This document shows, one piece after another, positions 55,192 through 64,000 of a stretch of 64,000 nt of DNA (positions are counted from its first letter, which is position 1; every line of letters begins with the position of its first letter). The notes beneath the pieces were generated by a model. It saw only the letters and a list, made by a program, of their open reading frames with translations. It was not told the origin of the DNA and ran no database searches. Origin of the DNA: an uncultured Bacteroidia bacterium (GTDB taxonomy: Bacteria; Bacteroidota; Bacteroidia; Bacteroidales; UBA932); assembly GCA_902801885.1 (NCBI GenBank), contig CADCJX010000001.1, positions 3,961-67,960 of the forward strand, written 5' to 3'. Position numbers and translations under genes: made by a program.

Positions 55192-55985
55192 TGAAAAAGT
55201 TATTCGCACAAGCCTACATCTGGGTCCTGCTGGTTCTGCTCTATGCTCCAATCGTGTTCATAGCCATCTTCTCGTTCACAGAGGCAAGGACACTTGGCAA
55301 CTGGACAGGATTCTCCATCGAGCTGTACAAGCACATTTTCTCAGGCGGAGTGAACGGAGGAGCCAGCCTGATGGCTGCCATCAAGAACACCCTGGTCATC
55401 GCCCTCGTCGCCGCTACCTTCTCCACCCTGCTAGGAACTGTCTCTGCCATAGGAATATACAACCTCAAGGGACGGAAGAAGAAGACCATACAGTTCCTGA
55501 ACAACATCCCGATGATCAACCCGGACGTTATCACCGGTGTATCCCTGTTCCTTCTGTTCGTCTTCCTGCATTTCTCGCAGGGCTACCTGACCGTCATCCT
55601 CGCGCACATCTCGTTCTGTACACCATACGTGGTGCTCAGCGTGATGCCGAAGCTCGGACAGATGAATCCGAACATCTACGAAGCTGCCCTGGACCTCGGA
55701 GCTACCCCTTCACAGGCGCTCCGTAAGGTTCTGATCCCCCAGCTTCGTCCCGGAATGCTTTCAGGCTTCATCCTGGCTTTCACGATGTCGCTGGACGACT
55801 TCGCTGTGACCTTCTTCACAAGGGGCACGATCGGCCTTGAGACTCTTTCTACCTACATCTACGCAGATGCCCGCAAGGGAGGCCTCACACCTGAGCTCAG
55901 GCCACTCATGACATTGATATTCACCATAATACTGATCCTGCTCGTGATAATGAACGTCAGGCAGGCAAAGACAAACAAAAAATAA
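55191..55985 (+). CDS. potC: spermidine/putrescine ABC transporter permease
   Basis: It has 6 TM helices and the EAA loop YEAALDLGATPSQALRKVLIP. Confidence 0.85.
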   Translation: MKKLFAQAYIWVLLVLLYAPIVFIAIFSFTEARTLGNWTGFSIELYKHIFSGGVNGGASLMAAIKNTLVIALVAATFSTLLGTVSAIGIYNLKGRKKKTIQFLNNIPMINPDVITGVSLFLLFVFLHFSQGYLTVILAHISFCTPYVVLSVMPKLGQMNPNIYEAALDLGATPSQALRKVLIPQLRPGMLSGFILAFTMSLDDFAVTFFTRGTIGLETLSTYIYADARKGGLTPELRPLMTLIFTIILILLVIMNVRQAKTNKK

Positions 55986-57280
55986 TGAAAAGATTACTCA
56001 GCATCTTGGCTGCGGCATTGATGGTGGCCGCATGCTCGTCAGACAGGGATCACATCCTCAAGGTCTACAACTGGAGCGATTACATCGATGAGGCGCTCAT
56101 TGGAGAATTCGAACAGTGGTACGAGGAACAGACCGGAGAACCGGTCAAGGTCGTCTACCAGACTTTCGACATCAACGAGACCATGCTCTCCAAGATCGAG
56201 AAAGGTCATGAGGACTACGACGTTGTCTGCCCTTCCGACTACATTATCGAAAGGATGCTCCGCTCAGACCTTGCCCTTCCCATCAACATGGATTTCGGAG
56301 AGACACCCAACTACATTGAGGGCAGCCTCTCCCCCTACCTGACCAAATGCCTCAAGGATCTCAAGACCGGAGACAAGGATGCCAGCAAATACGCTGTTGC
56401 CTACATGTGGGGCACCACGGGCTTCATCTACAACACCAAGTTCGTCGATCCCGAGGACCTGCGCACCTGGGATGCCCTCCGCAACCCCAAGTTTGCCGAC
56501 AAGATATTCGTAAAAGATGCCGCACGTGACATTTACAGCCAGATCATCATCTATCTCAAGCATGATGAGATCGCAGCCGGAAAGGTCACGATGGAAGAGC
56601 TTCTCGCCGTCCCGAATCAGGAGAATGTGGACCTTGTCGAAAAGTACCTCATGCAGATCAAAGGCCAGGTGGCCGGCTACGAAGCTGATTTCGGCAAGGA
56701 CCAGATGACCCAGGAACGCGGCTGGATCAGCCTCAACTGGAGCGGTGACGCATGCTGGGCTATCGAGGAAGCCGCCGAGGTCGGTGTCAATCTCGACTAC
56801 ATCGTTCCCGACGAGGGTGCCACAGTCTGGTTCGACGGCTGGGTGATCCCCAAATATGCCAAGAACACGAAGGCTGCAAGCTACTTCATCAATTTCATGT
56901 GCAAACCGGAGAACGCGATCCGCAATGCAGAGGAAATCGGTTATGTGAGCGCCTGCGGCACACCTGAGATCCTTGAACATTTCCGTGATGAGGAATATGA
57001 TCCCATCAACCTGACCTATTTCTTCGGAGAAGGCGCCGACTCCATCCGTATCAATCCTGTCATGTACCCGGCCCAGGAAGTCATCGAACGCTGCGGACTC
57101 GAACACGACTGGGGTGAGGATTCTTCCATGCTGATCGAGATGTGGTCAAGGGTAAAGGGCAGCAACGCAAGCGTGATGACCTACATCATCATCGGAGCCC
57201 TTTTCGTAGCCCTGGTCGCCGGTGTGGTCGCATCACGAAGCAAGAAGAGCCGCAGGGGCAAGGGAAAGAAAAGAAGATAA
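55985..57280 (+). CDS. potD: polyamine-binding lipoprotein (PotD/PotF family) with C-terminal TM segment and polybasic tail
   Basis: The lipobox is MVAACSSD. The body ..KVYNWSDYIDE..VCPSDYIIERM..YMWGTTGFIYN.. is PotD-like. The last 39 aa are SNASVMTYIIIGALFVALVAGVVASRSKKSRRGKGKKRR. Confidence 0.8.
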   Translation: MKRLLSILAAALMVAACSSDRDHILKVYNWSDYIDEALIGEFEQWYEEQTGEPVKVVYQTFDINETMLSKIEKGHEDYDVVCPSDYIIERMLRSDLALPINMDFGETPNYIEGSLSPYLTKCLKDLKTGDKDASKYAVAYMWGTTGFIYNTKFVDPEDLRTWDALRNPKFADKIFVKDAARDIYSQIIIYLKHDEIAAGKVTMEELLAVPNQENVDLVEKYLMQIKGQVAGYEADFGKDQMTQERGWISLNWSGDACWAIEEAAEVGVNLDYIVPDEGATVWFDGWVIPKYAKNTKAASYFINFMCKPENAIRNAEEIGYVSACGTPEILEHFRDEEYDPINLTYFFGEGADSIRINPVMYPAQEVIERCGLEHDWGEDSSMLIEMWSRVKGSNASVMTYIIIGALFVALVAGVVASRSKKSRRGKGKKRR

Positions 57281-57283
57281 TTG

Positions 57284-58036
57284 ATGAGTGTAACAGTCCA
57301 GGCAGATAATAAAGTTTCCGATCACCTCCTCGTCAAGTGCTACGAGGTGGATTCAGCCAAGCGTCTCAAGCCCACGGCCTTCATGGACATGGCTCAGGAG
57401 ATGGCTTATCAGGCAGCCACAGCCATGCATTTCGGCTACGAAGACCTTATCGTAAAGAACAAGGCCTGGGTACTGTCCAGGATGCACTTCCGCTTCCTGG
57501 AAACGCCCCACTGGGGAGATGAGATGCTGATCCGGACCTGGCATCGCGGTGCCTTCGGTCCTTTCTTCCTGAGGGACTTCGAACTGATCGGCTCCGACGG
57601 TAAGAGAAAAGCAGAAGCCACCAGTTCATGGGTGATAATCGACATCGACAGCCGTCACATGGCAAGGCCTGAAGATGTCCTCCCGGCAGAAGACACTGCC
57701 TGCCACGAATTCGCGATCGAGGCACCGGCCGCAAAGATCATGATGCCGCGCGGGATCGAGCCTGAATATGTCATGACCCACAAGGTTGCCTATTCGGACA
57801 TCGACCTTGTAGGACATACCAACAATGCACGTTACGTCGCATGGGCGATGGACTGTTTGGACTACGGTGAGGACGGTGTAAACGTGGATGAAGTCGAAGT
57901 TGTCTTCCATCAGGAGGCACGTCCCGGAGATGAAATCCAGCTCTACAGGGCTTGCGACGGTAGCAGGACCTTTGTCGAAGGCCGATGCGAAGGACGGCAG
58001 ATTTTCTGCGTACGACTTGAAAAAGCAGATGAATGA
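57284..58036 (+). CDS. acyl-ACP thioesterase
   Basis: It reads ..VKCYEVDSAKRLKPTAFMDMAQEMAYQAA..KNKAWVLSRMHFRFLETPHWGDEMLIRTW.. ..VAYSDIDLVGHTNNARYVAWAMD.. (double hotdog). Confidence 0.8.
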   Translation: MSVTVQADNKVSDHLLVKCYEVDSAKRLKPTAFMDMAQEMAYQAATAMHFGYEDLIVKNKAWVLSRMHFRFLETPHWGDEMLIRTWHRGAFGPFFLRDFELIGSDGKRKAEATSSWVIIDIDSRHMARPEDVLPAEDTACHEFAIEAPAAKIMMPRGIEPEYVMTHKVAYSDIDLVGHTNNARYVAWAMDCLDYGEDGVNVDEVEVVFHQEARPGDEIQLYRACDGSRTFVEGRCEGRQIFCVRLEKADE

Positions 58037-58716
58037 ATATGAATAAGTCCTATCTTTTCATTGCGGCGTTCGCCACACTCATGGCTCTCTGTTCTTGCGA
58101 CAGGAAGGCCGCGGAAGACACTCTCAGGACGGGAGACCTTGTCTTTGTAGGAATCCCTATGGACTACTCCATAGAAGAAGGTTCCATTGACGAGGCCATT
58201 ACCAGCGCGACAGGAAGATCCGATGAATTGAACCTTATCCATGTTTCAATCGCTGAAGTCTCCGCTGACAGCACCTGGATCATCGACGCAACTATCAAGC
58301 ACGGTGTCGACAGGCATCCGCTGGACACCTTCCTGACAGATTTCACCCTGAAGGACGGCTCCTACCCGGTGTTTATCATCAAGCGGCTCAATGACCCTTC
58401 AAAAGCAGAGGAATTCGTACGCAACGCCAAGAAATACCTTGGCCAGCCTTACGATGTCCACTTCCTTCCAGACAACGACTCGCTTTACTGCAGCGAGCTT
58501 GTAAGGGACAGCTACGTGGGCTCAGACGGTTCCTATGTGTTCGATGCCGCTCCCATGAACTTCAAGGGTCCGGACGGAGAGTTCCCCCTCTATTGGAAGC
58601 AACTCTTCGGCCTGATCGGACAGTCCATTCCCCAGGACGTGCCCGGAACCAACCCGCAGGATATGTCAAAGTCACCTGCAATACATCAGGTAGATGTCAA
58701 ACTCGTCAATAATTAG
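58033..58716 (+). CDS. YiiX/YebB-like permuted papain-fold (NlpC/P60 superfamily) lipoprotein
   Basis: The lipobox is MALCSCDR. The body reads ..GDLVFVGIP..IHVSIAEV..LGQPYDVHFLPDNDSLYCSELVRDSY.. Confidence 0.75.
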   Translation: MNMNKSYLFIAAFATLMALCSCDRKAAEDTLRTGDLVFVGIPMDYSIEEGSIDEAITSATGRSDELNLIHVSIAEVSADSTWIIDATIKHGVDRHPLDTFLTDFTLKDGSYPVFIIKRLNDPSKAEEFVRNAKKYLGQPYDVHFLPDNDSLYCSELVRDSYVGSDGSYVFDAAPMNFKGPDGEFPLYWKQLFGLIGQSIPQDVPGTNPQDMSKSPAIHQVDVKLVNN

Positions 58717-58733
58717 TATATTCGAAATAACAA

Positions 58734-60440
58734 ATGAAGACAGCAATGAAAAGGATGATCCTCACTGCCGCGATGATGATGCTCACCGTCGCCGGCTATG
58801 CCTGCACCAACCTGATCGTGGGCAAGAAGGCTTCCGTTGACGGAAGCGTGATCTGTACCTACAACTGCGACGGCTTCGGCTTCGCTTCCCCCCTCACCTT
58901 CGACGCCCCCGGACGTCATGCCGAGGGCGAACTCATAGCCCTAAGGGGCTGGGGAGCCAACGCCAACCAGCGTTTCATCTCACAGGTCCCCTACACCTTC
59001 GGTGTCGTCGGACTGATGAACGAAAACCAGGTCTCCATAGTCGAGACCACCTGGGACGGACGCAGCGAGCTCCGTAATCCAGAAGGCTATTTCGACTATT
59101 TCACCCTGATGAACATTACCCTCCAGAGGGTTACCTCAGCTCGTGAGGCAATCTCCTGCATCCACAACCTGGTTCAGGAATACGGATACGGCAGCACCGG
59201 TGAATCTTTCGCCATCTGTGACAAGAATGAAGCCTGGATCATGGAGATAATTGGAAAAGGGAAGGGGAATAAGGGCGCCATCTGGATCGCCAGGAGAGTT
59301 CCCGACGACTGCATCTGCGCCTACGCCAACGCCAGCCGCATCCAGCAGTTCCCCCAGGCCAAGAAGATTGACAAGAAACTCGGCTTCTACGTGGCTGACG
59401 AAGGTAATTGCATGTATTGTGCTGACATCATCTCCTTCGCCCGTGAGAAAGGTTATTACGACGGTACCGACGCTGATTTCAGCTTCCGCGAGGCCTATGG
59501 TCCCATGGACTTCGGTGCCATCCGCTACTGCGAAGCCCGTGTTTGGAGCTTCTTCCGCCACCACACTGATCCCGCCGAGATGGACAAGTATCTCCCCTAC
59601 ATCGATGGCGACATGAGCCAGATAGACCATCTTCCCCTCTGGATCAAGCCCGATAAGAAGGTCTCAGTCCGTGACATCATGAATGACATGCGTGACCATT
59701 ATGAGGGCACTGCCCTTGACATGACGGCAGATGTCAGCGCCGGTCCCTGGGCCTCTCCCTACCGCAACCAGCCTGTCAATTTCGAGGCTGCTGATGGCAC
59801 CCAGATGTTCCGTGAAAGGCCTATCGGCTGCCAGCAGAGCGGCATGACCATGGTCTGCCAGATGAGGGACTGGCTGCCTGATGCCGTAGGAGGAGTTACA
59901 TATTTCAATATGGATGACGCTTCTATGGTCGCCTATGTCCCGGCATATTGCGGAATCAACCGCATTCCGGATCCTTTCCACAGGGAGAACAACAGCATGA
60001 ACGAGTTCAGCACCGAGAGCGCTTTCTGGATGAACAACTTCGTAGCAAACATGGTCTATCCCCGTTACAGCGCCATGATCGGCGACCTCAAGGAAGCCCA
60101 GAAAGAACTCGAAGACTACTATGCCAAGGATCAGGAAGAAGTCGAGAAGATGGCTTCCGAGATGACTCCTTCCAACAGGACCGAGTACCTTACCGGCAAG
60201 ACCATCGCCTACACCGACATGATGATGAAGCGTTGGGACAAGCTTGCCAAACTCTTGATTGTAAAGTACAACGACCAGAGCATCAGGCCCAGCCAGAACG
60301 GTGAGATACTCTCCGGCCGTCCGGGTCCCGGATTCCAGAGGCCTACTCCTCCCGCCTATTCACCCGTGTTCATCGACGCCATAAAGGCCCAGACGGGCGA
60401 CCGCTATCTCCGCCACGATGCTATTTTACCAAACAGATAA
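58734..60440 (+). CDS. C69 family dipeptidase
   Basis: A signal peptide is followed by the nucleophile context YACTNLIVGKKASVDGSV. 568 aa. Confidence 0.85.
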   Translation: MKTAMKRMILTAAMMMLTVAGYACTNLIVGKKASVDGSVICTYNCDGFGFASPLTFDAPGRHAEGELIALRGWGANANQRFISQVPYTFGVVGLMNENQVSIVETTWDGRSELRNPEGYFDYFTLMNITLQRVTSAREAISCIHNLVQEYGYGSTGESFAICDKNEAWIMEIIGKGKGNKGAIWIARRVPDDCICAYANASRIQQFPQAKKIDKKLGFYVADEGNCMYCADIISFAREKGYYDGTDADFSFREAYGPMDFGAIRYCEARVWSFFRHHTDPAEMDKYLPYIDGDMSQIDHLPLWIKPDKKVSVRDIMNDMRDHYEGTALDMTADVSAGPWASPYRNQPVNFEAADGTQMFRERPIGCQQSGMTMVCQMRDWLPDAVGGVTYFNMDDASMVAYVPAYCGINRIPDPFHRENNSMNEFSTESAFWMNNFVANMVYPRYSAMIGDLKEAQKELEDYYAKDQEEVEKMASEMTPSNRTEYLTGKTIAYTDMMMKRWDKLAKLLIVKYNDQSIRPSQNGEILSGRPGPGFQRPTPPAYSPVFIDAIKAQTGDRYLRHDAILPNR

Positions 60441-61543
60441 TGAAAAAAGTATTACTAATAACCATCGCAGCTTTCGCTGCAATCGTATCTTTTGCCCAGA
60501 ACAGGGCAGATCGCCAAAACCTCACCGATTCCGCATCTTCCACGATGATCCTCTTCGGTGACCCTCAAAGCTATGTCAAGTACGACATCAACCAGCCCAT
60601 CTTCGAGCTGACGACCCTCTGGGTCTCCGACAACATCGATCATCTAAACATAAAGGCTGTCCTCTGCACCGGCGATCTCGTGGAGCAGAACGAGAACAAC
60701 GCCCTCGACCGCAGGATGCTCAACCAGAGCAGTACCCAGATGTGGGAGAGCATAAGCCGCTCCCTTGAGAGGATCGACAACAAAGTCCCCTTTATCGCCT
60801 GCGGCGGTAACCACGACTACGGCTACAAGCACAGCGAAAGCTACATCACAAACTATCCAAAGTACATCACCTTCGAGAGGAATTCCGCCTACAAGGAGTG
60901 CCTCAAGGCCGACTTCCCCAACCGTACCGGACACGCTTCCCTCGAGAACGCAGCCTTTGAGTTCGAGATGCCGGGCTGGAGCCACAAGATTCTCGTGATC
61001 AGCTCCGAGTTCGCACCTTCAGCCGAGGCCGTGGAATGGGCAAGGAACCTTGTCACCTCAGACAAGTACAAAGACCACTACGTGATCTACCTGACCCACT
61101 CCTATCTTCAGGAGAAGACTGCCGCCTACACTGACCATGAAGGTTACTGGGTGACCAAGCAGGAAGGCAACCACTCCGGAAAGATGCTCTGGGAGAACCT
61201 CATCAGCCAGGTTCCCAACATCCGTCTCGTCATCAGCGGACACACAGGACGTCCTTCACCCAAGAAGGACATCGAGGAAGACAACGAGCTGAGCGTGGCC
61301 TACAGGGTTGACAAGAACAAGGCCGGAAAGAATGTCCACCAGATGATGTTCAACGTCCAGACCCTCGGCGGCGGCTGGGAAGGAAACGGAGGTGACGGCT
61401 GGCTCAGGATCCTCGAGTTCATGCCCGACGGCAAGACCATCAAGGTCCGCACCTACTCCCCTCTCTTCGGAATCTCCCCTTCCACCAAGCATCTGGCTCA
61501 CAGGACCAAACCCTACGACCAGTATGACATGGTGATCGAATAG
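60440..61543 (+). CDS. metallophosphoesterase (calcineurin-like)
   Basis: The motifs are FGDPQ, CTGDLVEQ, CGGNHDYG, LTHSY, ISGHTG. It has a signal peptide. Confidence 0.8.
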   Translation: MKKVLLITIAAFAAIVSFAQNRADRQNLTDSASSTMILFGDPQSYVKYDINQPIFELTTLWVSDNIDHLNIKAVLCTGDLVEQNENNALDRRMLNQSSTQMWESISRSLERIDNKVPFIACGGNHDYGYKHSESYITNYPKYITFERNSAYKECLKADFPNRTGHASLENAAFEFEMPGWSHKILVISSEFAPSAEAVEWARNLVTSDKYKDHYVIYLTHSYLQEKTAAYTDHEGYWVTKQEGNHSGKMLWENLISQVPNIRLVISGHTGRPSPKKDIEEDNELSVAYRVDKNKAGKNVHQMMFNVQTLGGGWEGNGGDGWLRILEFMPDGKTIKVRTYSPLFGISPSTKHLAHRTKPYDQYDMVIE

Positions 61544-61546
61544 GAT

Positions 61547-62470
61547 CTATTCTACGACCCCGAGGGCTGCATGGCGTCCCATGCGATGAAGGCTCTCGAT
61601 GACTTGGGCTGGACGGTCTGTCATGATGACCGAACAGCCCATTTCTATTAGTTTTCCGTAGATTTCATCAGGGTTGCCGGACAAGGCAGCCCTGTCGTCG
61701 TCAAGTCCTCCGTCAGCTGCCTTCCACATGGTGCCTACCCAGACCCTGGAGCCAGAAGTGACAATGTCCTTGGCAAAAGCTTCCACCTCAGGGCTCTGCT
61801 CTGTGAACACAATCTCGTAACATGGAGGTACTATTCCAGACTCCTTGTACTGAGCGAATAGTTTATAGCCCTGTTCCTTCGGTACGGAAAGCTGAGGAGC
61901 ATACATCATCTCTTTCCGGTCCACATAGGTCCGGCCTTTCATGATGATCAGGTTCTCAAGGCCCACTTCCCTTGCATCACGGAGCACCTCATCGTAAAGA
62001 TCCCAGCCATGATCTATCTGGATGAGCGCCCTACCCTCACAGACCTTCAGGGCTTCCTTGAGAGTGGCGATCCTAAGGTTCTCGGTGACCACCCCATGAG
62101 GATGGCGAAGCCTTAGTTCCTTAAGCTCGGCAAGGGTGTAATCGCTGATTCTGCCATGGCCGTTCGTCATACGGTCAAGAGTCGGATCATGGCTCAGGAC
62201 AAGCTGGCTGTCGCGGGTAAGGGCCACATCCAGTTCCAGGATGTCACAGCCCATCTGGATAGCCGATTCAATGGCCTCCAGGCTGTTCTCAGGCCAGTTC
62301 CGCCAATCCGCCCTGTGCGCCATCACGAACACATATTCGGACGTCGGATCCCTAAGCTCCGCCAGCAGCCTCTCCGCCCGGTTAGCATAGTGTGGCTTCA
62401 CTGCGCAGGAAGTGAACGTCAGCAATAATGAAATGACAATGGCAAAGGAGATGGATTTTGGTGACAACAT
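61547..62470 (-). CDS. glycerophosphodiester phosphodiesterase family lipoprotein
   Basis: The lipobox is LLTFTSCAV. The body reads ..VMAHRADWRNWPENSLEAIESAIQMGCDILELDVALTRDSQLVLSHD... The start is set at MLSPKS (62470). Confidence 0.8.
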   Translation of the reverse strand: MLSPKSISFAIVISLLLTFTSCAVKPHYANRAERLLAELRDPTSEYVFVMAHRADWRNWPENSLEAIESAIQMGCDILELDVALTRDSQLVLSHDPTLDRMTNGHGRISDYTLAELKELRLRHPHGVVTENLRIATLKEALKVCEGRALIQIDHGWDLYDEVLRDAREVGLENLIIMKGRTYVDRKEMMYAPQLSVPKEQGYKLFAQYKESGIVPPCYEIVFTEQSPEVEAFAKDIVTSGSRVWVGTMWKAADGGLDDDRAALSGNPDEIYGKLIEMGCSVIMTDRPAQVIESLHRMGRHAALGVVE

Positions 62471-62637
62471 TTTGATTGTTTTTACAAATATGGCAAAACT
62501 GGCAGATAAATATCCGATATTCTTAGATAATCTACTACTAACCCTATAATGAAAGCACCTATCCAGCTCTATCCGTGCAGTCAAAGGCATTAATGCCACC
62601 CAACCGCACCCATCCCGTCTAATCCGTGCGCTCATAT

Positions 62638-62667
62638 ACAAAACAGGCGGCCCGCATGGGTCGCCTG
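62638..62667 (-). terminator. rho-independent terminator after the nuclease gene
   Basis: The minus strand reads caggcgaccc-atgc-gggccgcctg followed by ttttgt. It lies 6 nt after the stop at 62673. Confidence 0.6.
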
Positions 62668-62672
62668 ATCGT

Positions 62673-64000
62673 TTAAAAGTTTTGGAATGATTGCCAGTTG
62701 TTATTGTCTTCAACTGTTTCTTCAACTGGGTCTGGTAGATTCTCAAACAGGTCAAACCCCGTCCAGGACTCTATTTCATTCACACTTACAGCGTAATTAG
62801 CATAAGTAGAATTAGAATAGGCTTTGTGTTCGAACCAGAAACCGATAGTAGAGGCAGAATCGAAAGTACCGTCGGAGTTGTATTTGATCCTCAAGAGCAC
62901 CTTCCAATAATAATTAGGAACAGGGCACTTCTTTGAATCATATTCTGGTTGTATCCAAGTGACACTCTTATTCTCGTTTCCCTTTTGGAAGGCAGCGCCA
63001 GTCACAACATAGACAGTCTCATCTTTGTTTGTTACCAGTTTTCTTACAGCTCCCTCAAGGCTATTCCAAATTCCACCATTGAATCCATTCTGAATCTGCG
63101 GTGTACTATTGATAGCATAATAGGTCTGCTGCACCATCGTTTCATTGTATTGCCGATCCGCATCAGGAATCTGGTGACCTCTGGAATAAATGTCACTATC
63201 GCCATAGTCTACGCCATAACTACCAGACCAGATATTGATTTGCTCATCGATAGTGAATCCTGGCGTTGACTTCCAACTGCCACTATGCTTATTTGATCCT
63301 GTACATGTCGACTTGTCAAGTGGATATGCAATCCACAACGATGTGTACATGGTCTTATCATACAAGTAAGTGTAGTTCCGAGCACTTCCATCATAGAAAG
63401 TCCCGGAGGTGAGGTTACTGCCGGTAGTTACAACCGGCAGTTCCCACCATGTTTCATCCGTGGTGTCTCCACCCCCGGGGGTTCCGCCTCCGGATCCGCT
63501 TCATTCAGTTGTATAAGTAATTGCTATACTACAAATGTACAAACTATTTGTAGTTGTATTTGCAGTAAGATTTACTTTTCCAGTCTGAGGGGTCTCAAAA
63601 ACAAACTCTGTAGTAAAATAAGCTTCGTATCCTGGACCGTCTCCAGTAAACGCCACATTGTTAGAAACGGCATCGTTATCTCCTACTTTAACAGAAATGC
63701 TACCTGCTCCATTACTTTTATTAGTGTTATATGTAACTACTATTTTTGAGATATTGGTTAACTCGTTAGGAGAGGTTGCATTAGCTCCTGTAGTATTAAT
63801 AGTAACCTGAACACCATTGTTACTATAGCCAGCACCAGCTTTGTTAGATGTCCAATTTGCCGCCCCACCATTCAAAGTAGCATTCCAATCCTTAGTGGTA
63901 AAAGAATAAACATCTGTAATTATTTGTCCAGGCGTAGTAGCTTGGGTAACAACGATAATGTAACTTGCAGAAGCACTTTTATAATCGTCATTACCAGCAA
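62673..64000 (-). pseudogene. DNA/RNA non-specific endonuclease (beta-beta-alpha-Me, NUC1/EndoG-like) with N-terminal extension, interrupted by in-frame TGA at 63501-63503; 5' end outside window
   Basis: The nuclease motifs are ..YSRGHQIPDADR.. and ..NSTPQIQNGFNGGIW... The frame is open from the window edge (..NGGAANWTSNKAGAGYSNNGVQVTINTTGANATS..ITYTTE), hits TGA, then continues in the same frame with SGSGGGTPGGGDTTDETWWELPVVTTG..YTYLYDKTMYTSLWIAYPL... Confidence 0.7.

Noticed and set aside
56264-57106. A 280-aa minus-strand ORF.
   Set aside because: It is antisense to potD inside a tightly coupled potABCD operon, with no recognisable features.
62586-62597. A 12-bp perfect palindrome ggcattaatgcc in the region between the nuclease gene and the GDPD gene.
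   Set aside because: It is a short, single occurrence, AT-rich in the centre, with no associated promoter box at a meaningful distance. It is likely chance.
1-64000. CRISPR arrays, rRNA and tRNA genes, integrons and prophage blocks.
   Set aside because: I saw no regularly spaced direct repeats, no cloverleaf-compatible or rRNA-like conserved stretches, and no integrase, capsid or terminase-like ORFs. Detecting tRNAs by eye is limited, so a tRNAscan run would be needed to be certain.

Overview
This 64 kb window looks like a Bacteroidota (Bacteroidales-like) chromosomal segment. That placement is an inference from three things: many genes are preceded by the Bacteroidota -7 promoter motif TAnnTTTG, many products carry lipoprotein or signal peptides, and the gene content fits (TonB-dependent receptor, AraC-linked redox clusters, potABCD). 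I saw no rRNA, tRNA or CRISPR array.

The left half (about 1-44.5 kb) is accessory-like. It holds four GNAT acetyltransferases, an HTH-Fic protein, an XRE/zinc-ribbon regulator and a TfoX-like protein. It also holds one IS110-family element and four full-length AraC regulators, each next to exported flavodoxin-like, cupin, ABM, CMD, amidohydrolase, aldo/keto reductase or alpha/beta-hydrolase genes. Two Na/Pi cotransporter paralogs sit here as well, one carrying a C-terminal OmpR-type winged-helix domain, along with an esterase / SPL-type radical-SAM / DUF5131 operon.

The right half (about 44.5-62.5 kb) is mostly housekeeping: DUF554, DUF1846, gltS, DUF389, potABCD, acyl-ACP thioesterase, C69 dipeptidase, phosphoesterases.

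The most striking directly visible property is the number of disrupted genes, roughly 11-12 of about 75:
- three in-frame nonsense codons
- a 25-bp tandem duplication
- several deletion or frameshift junctions
- gene stubs

I do not see a recognisable defence system. The candidates most worth follow-up are:
- the radical-SAM/DUF5131/esterase operon
- the transporter-wHTH fusion
- a structured non-coding region 3' of the IS110 transposase (possible bridge/seek RNA)
- the exported flavodoxin/cupin redox modules

All family assignments rest on motif recognition by eye and need HMM or BLAST confirmation.
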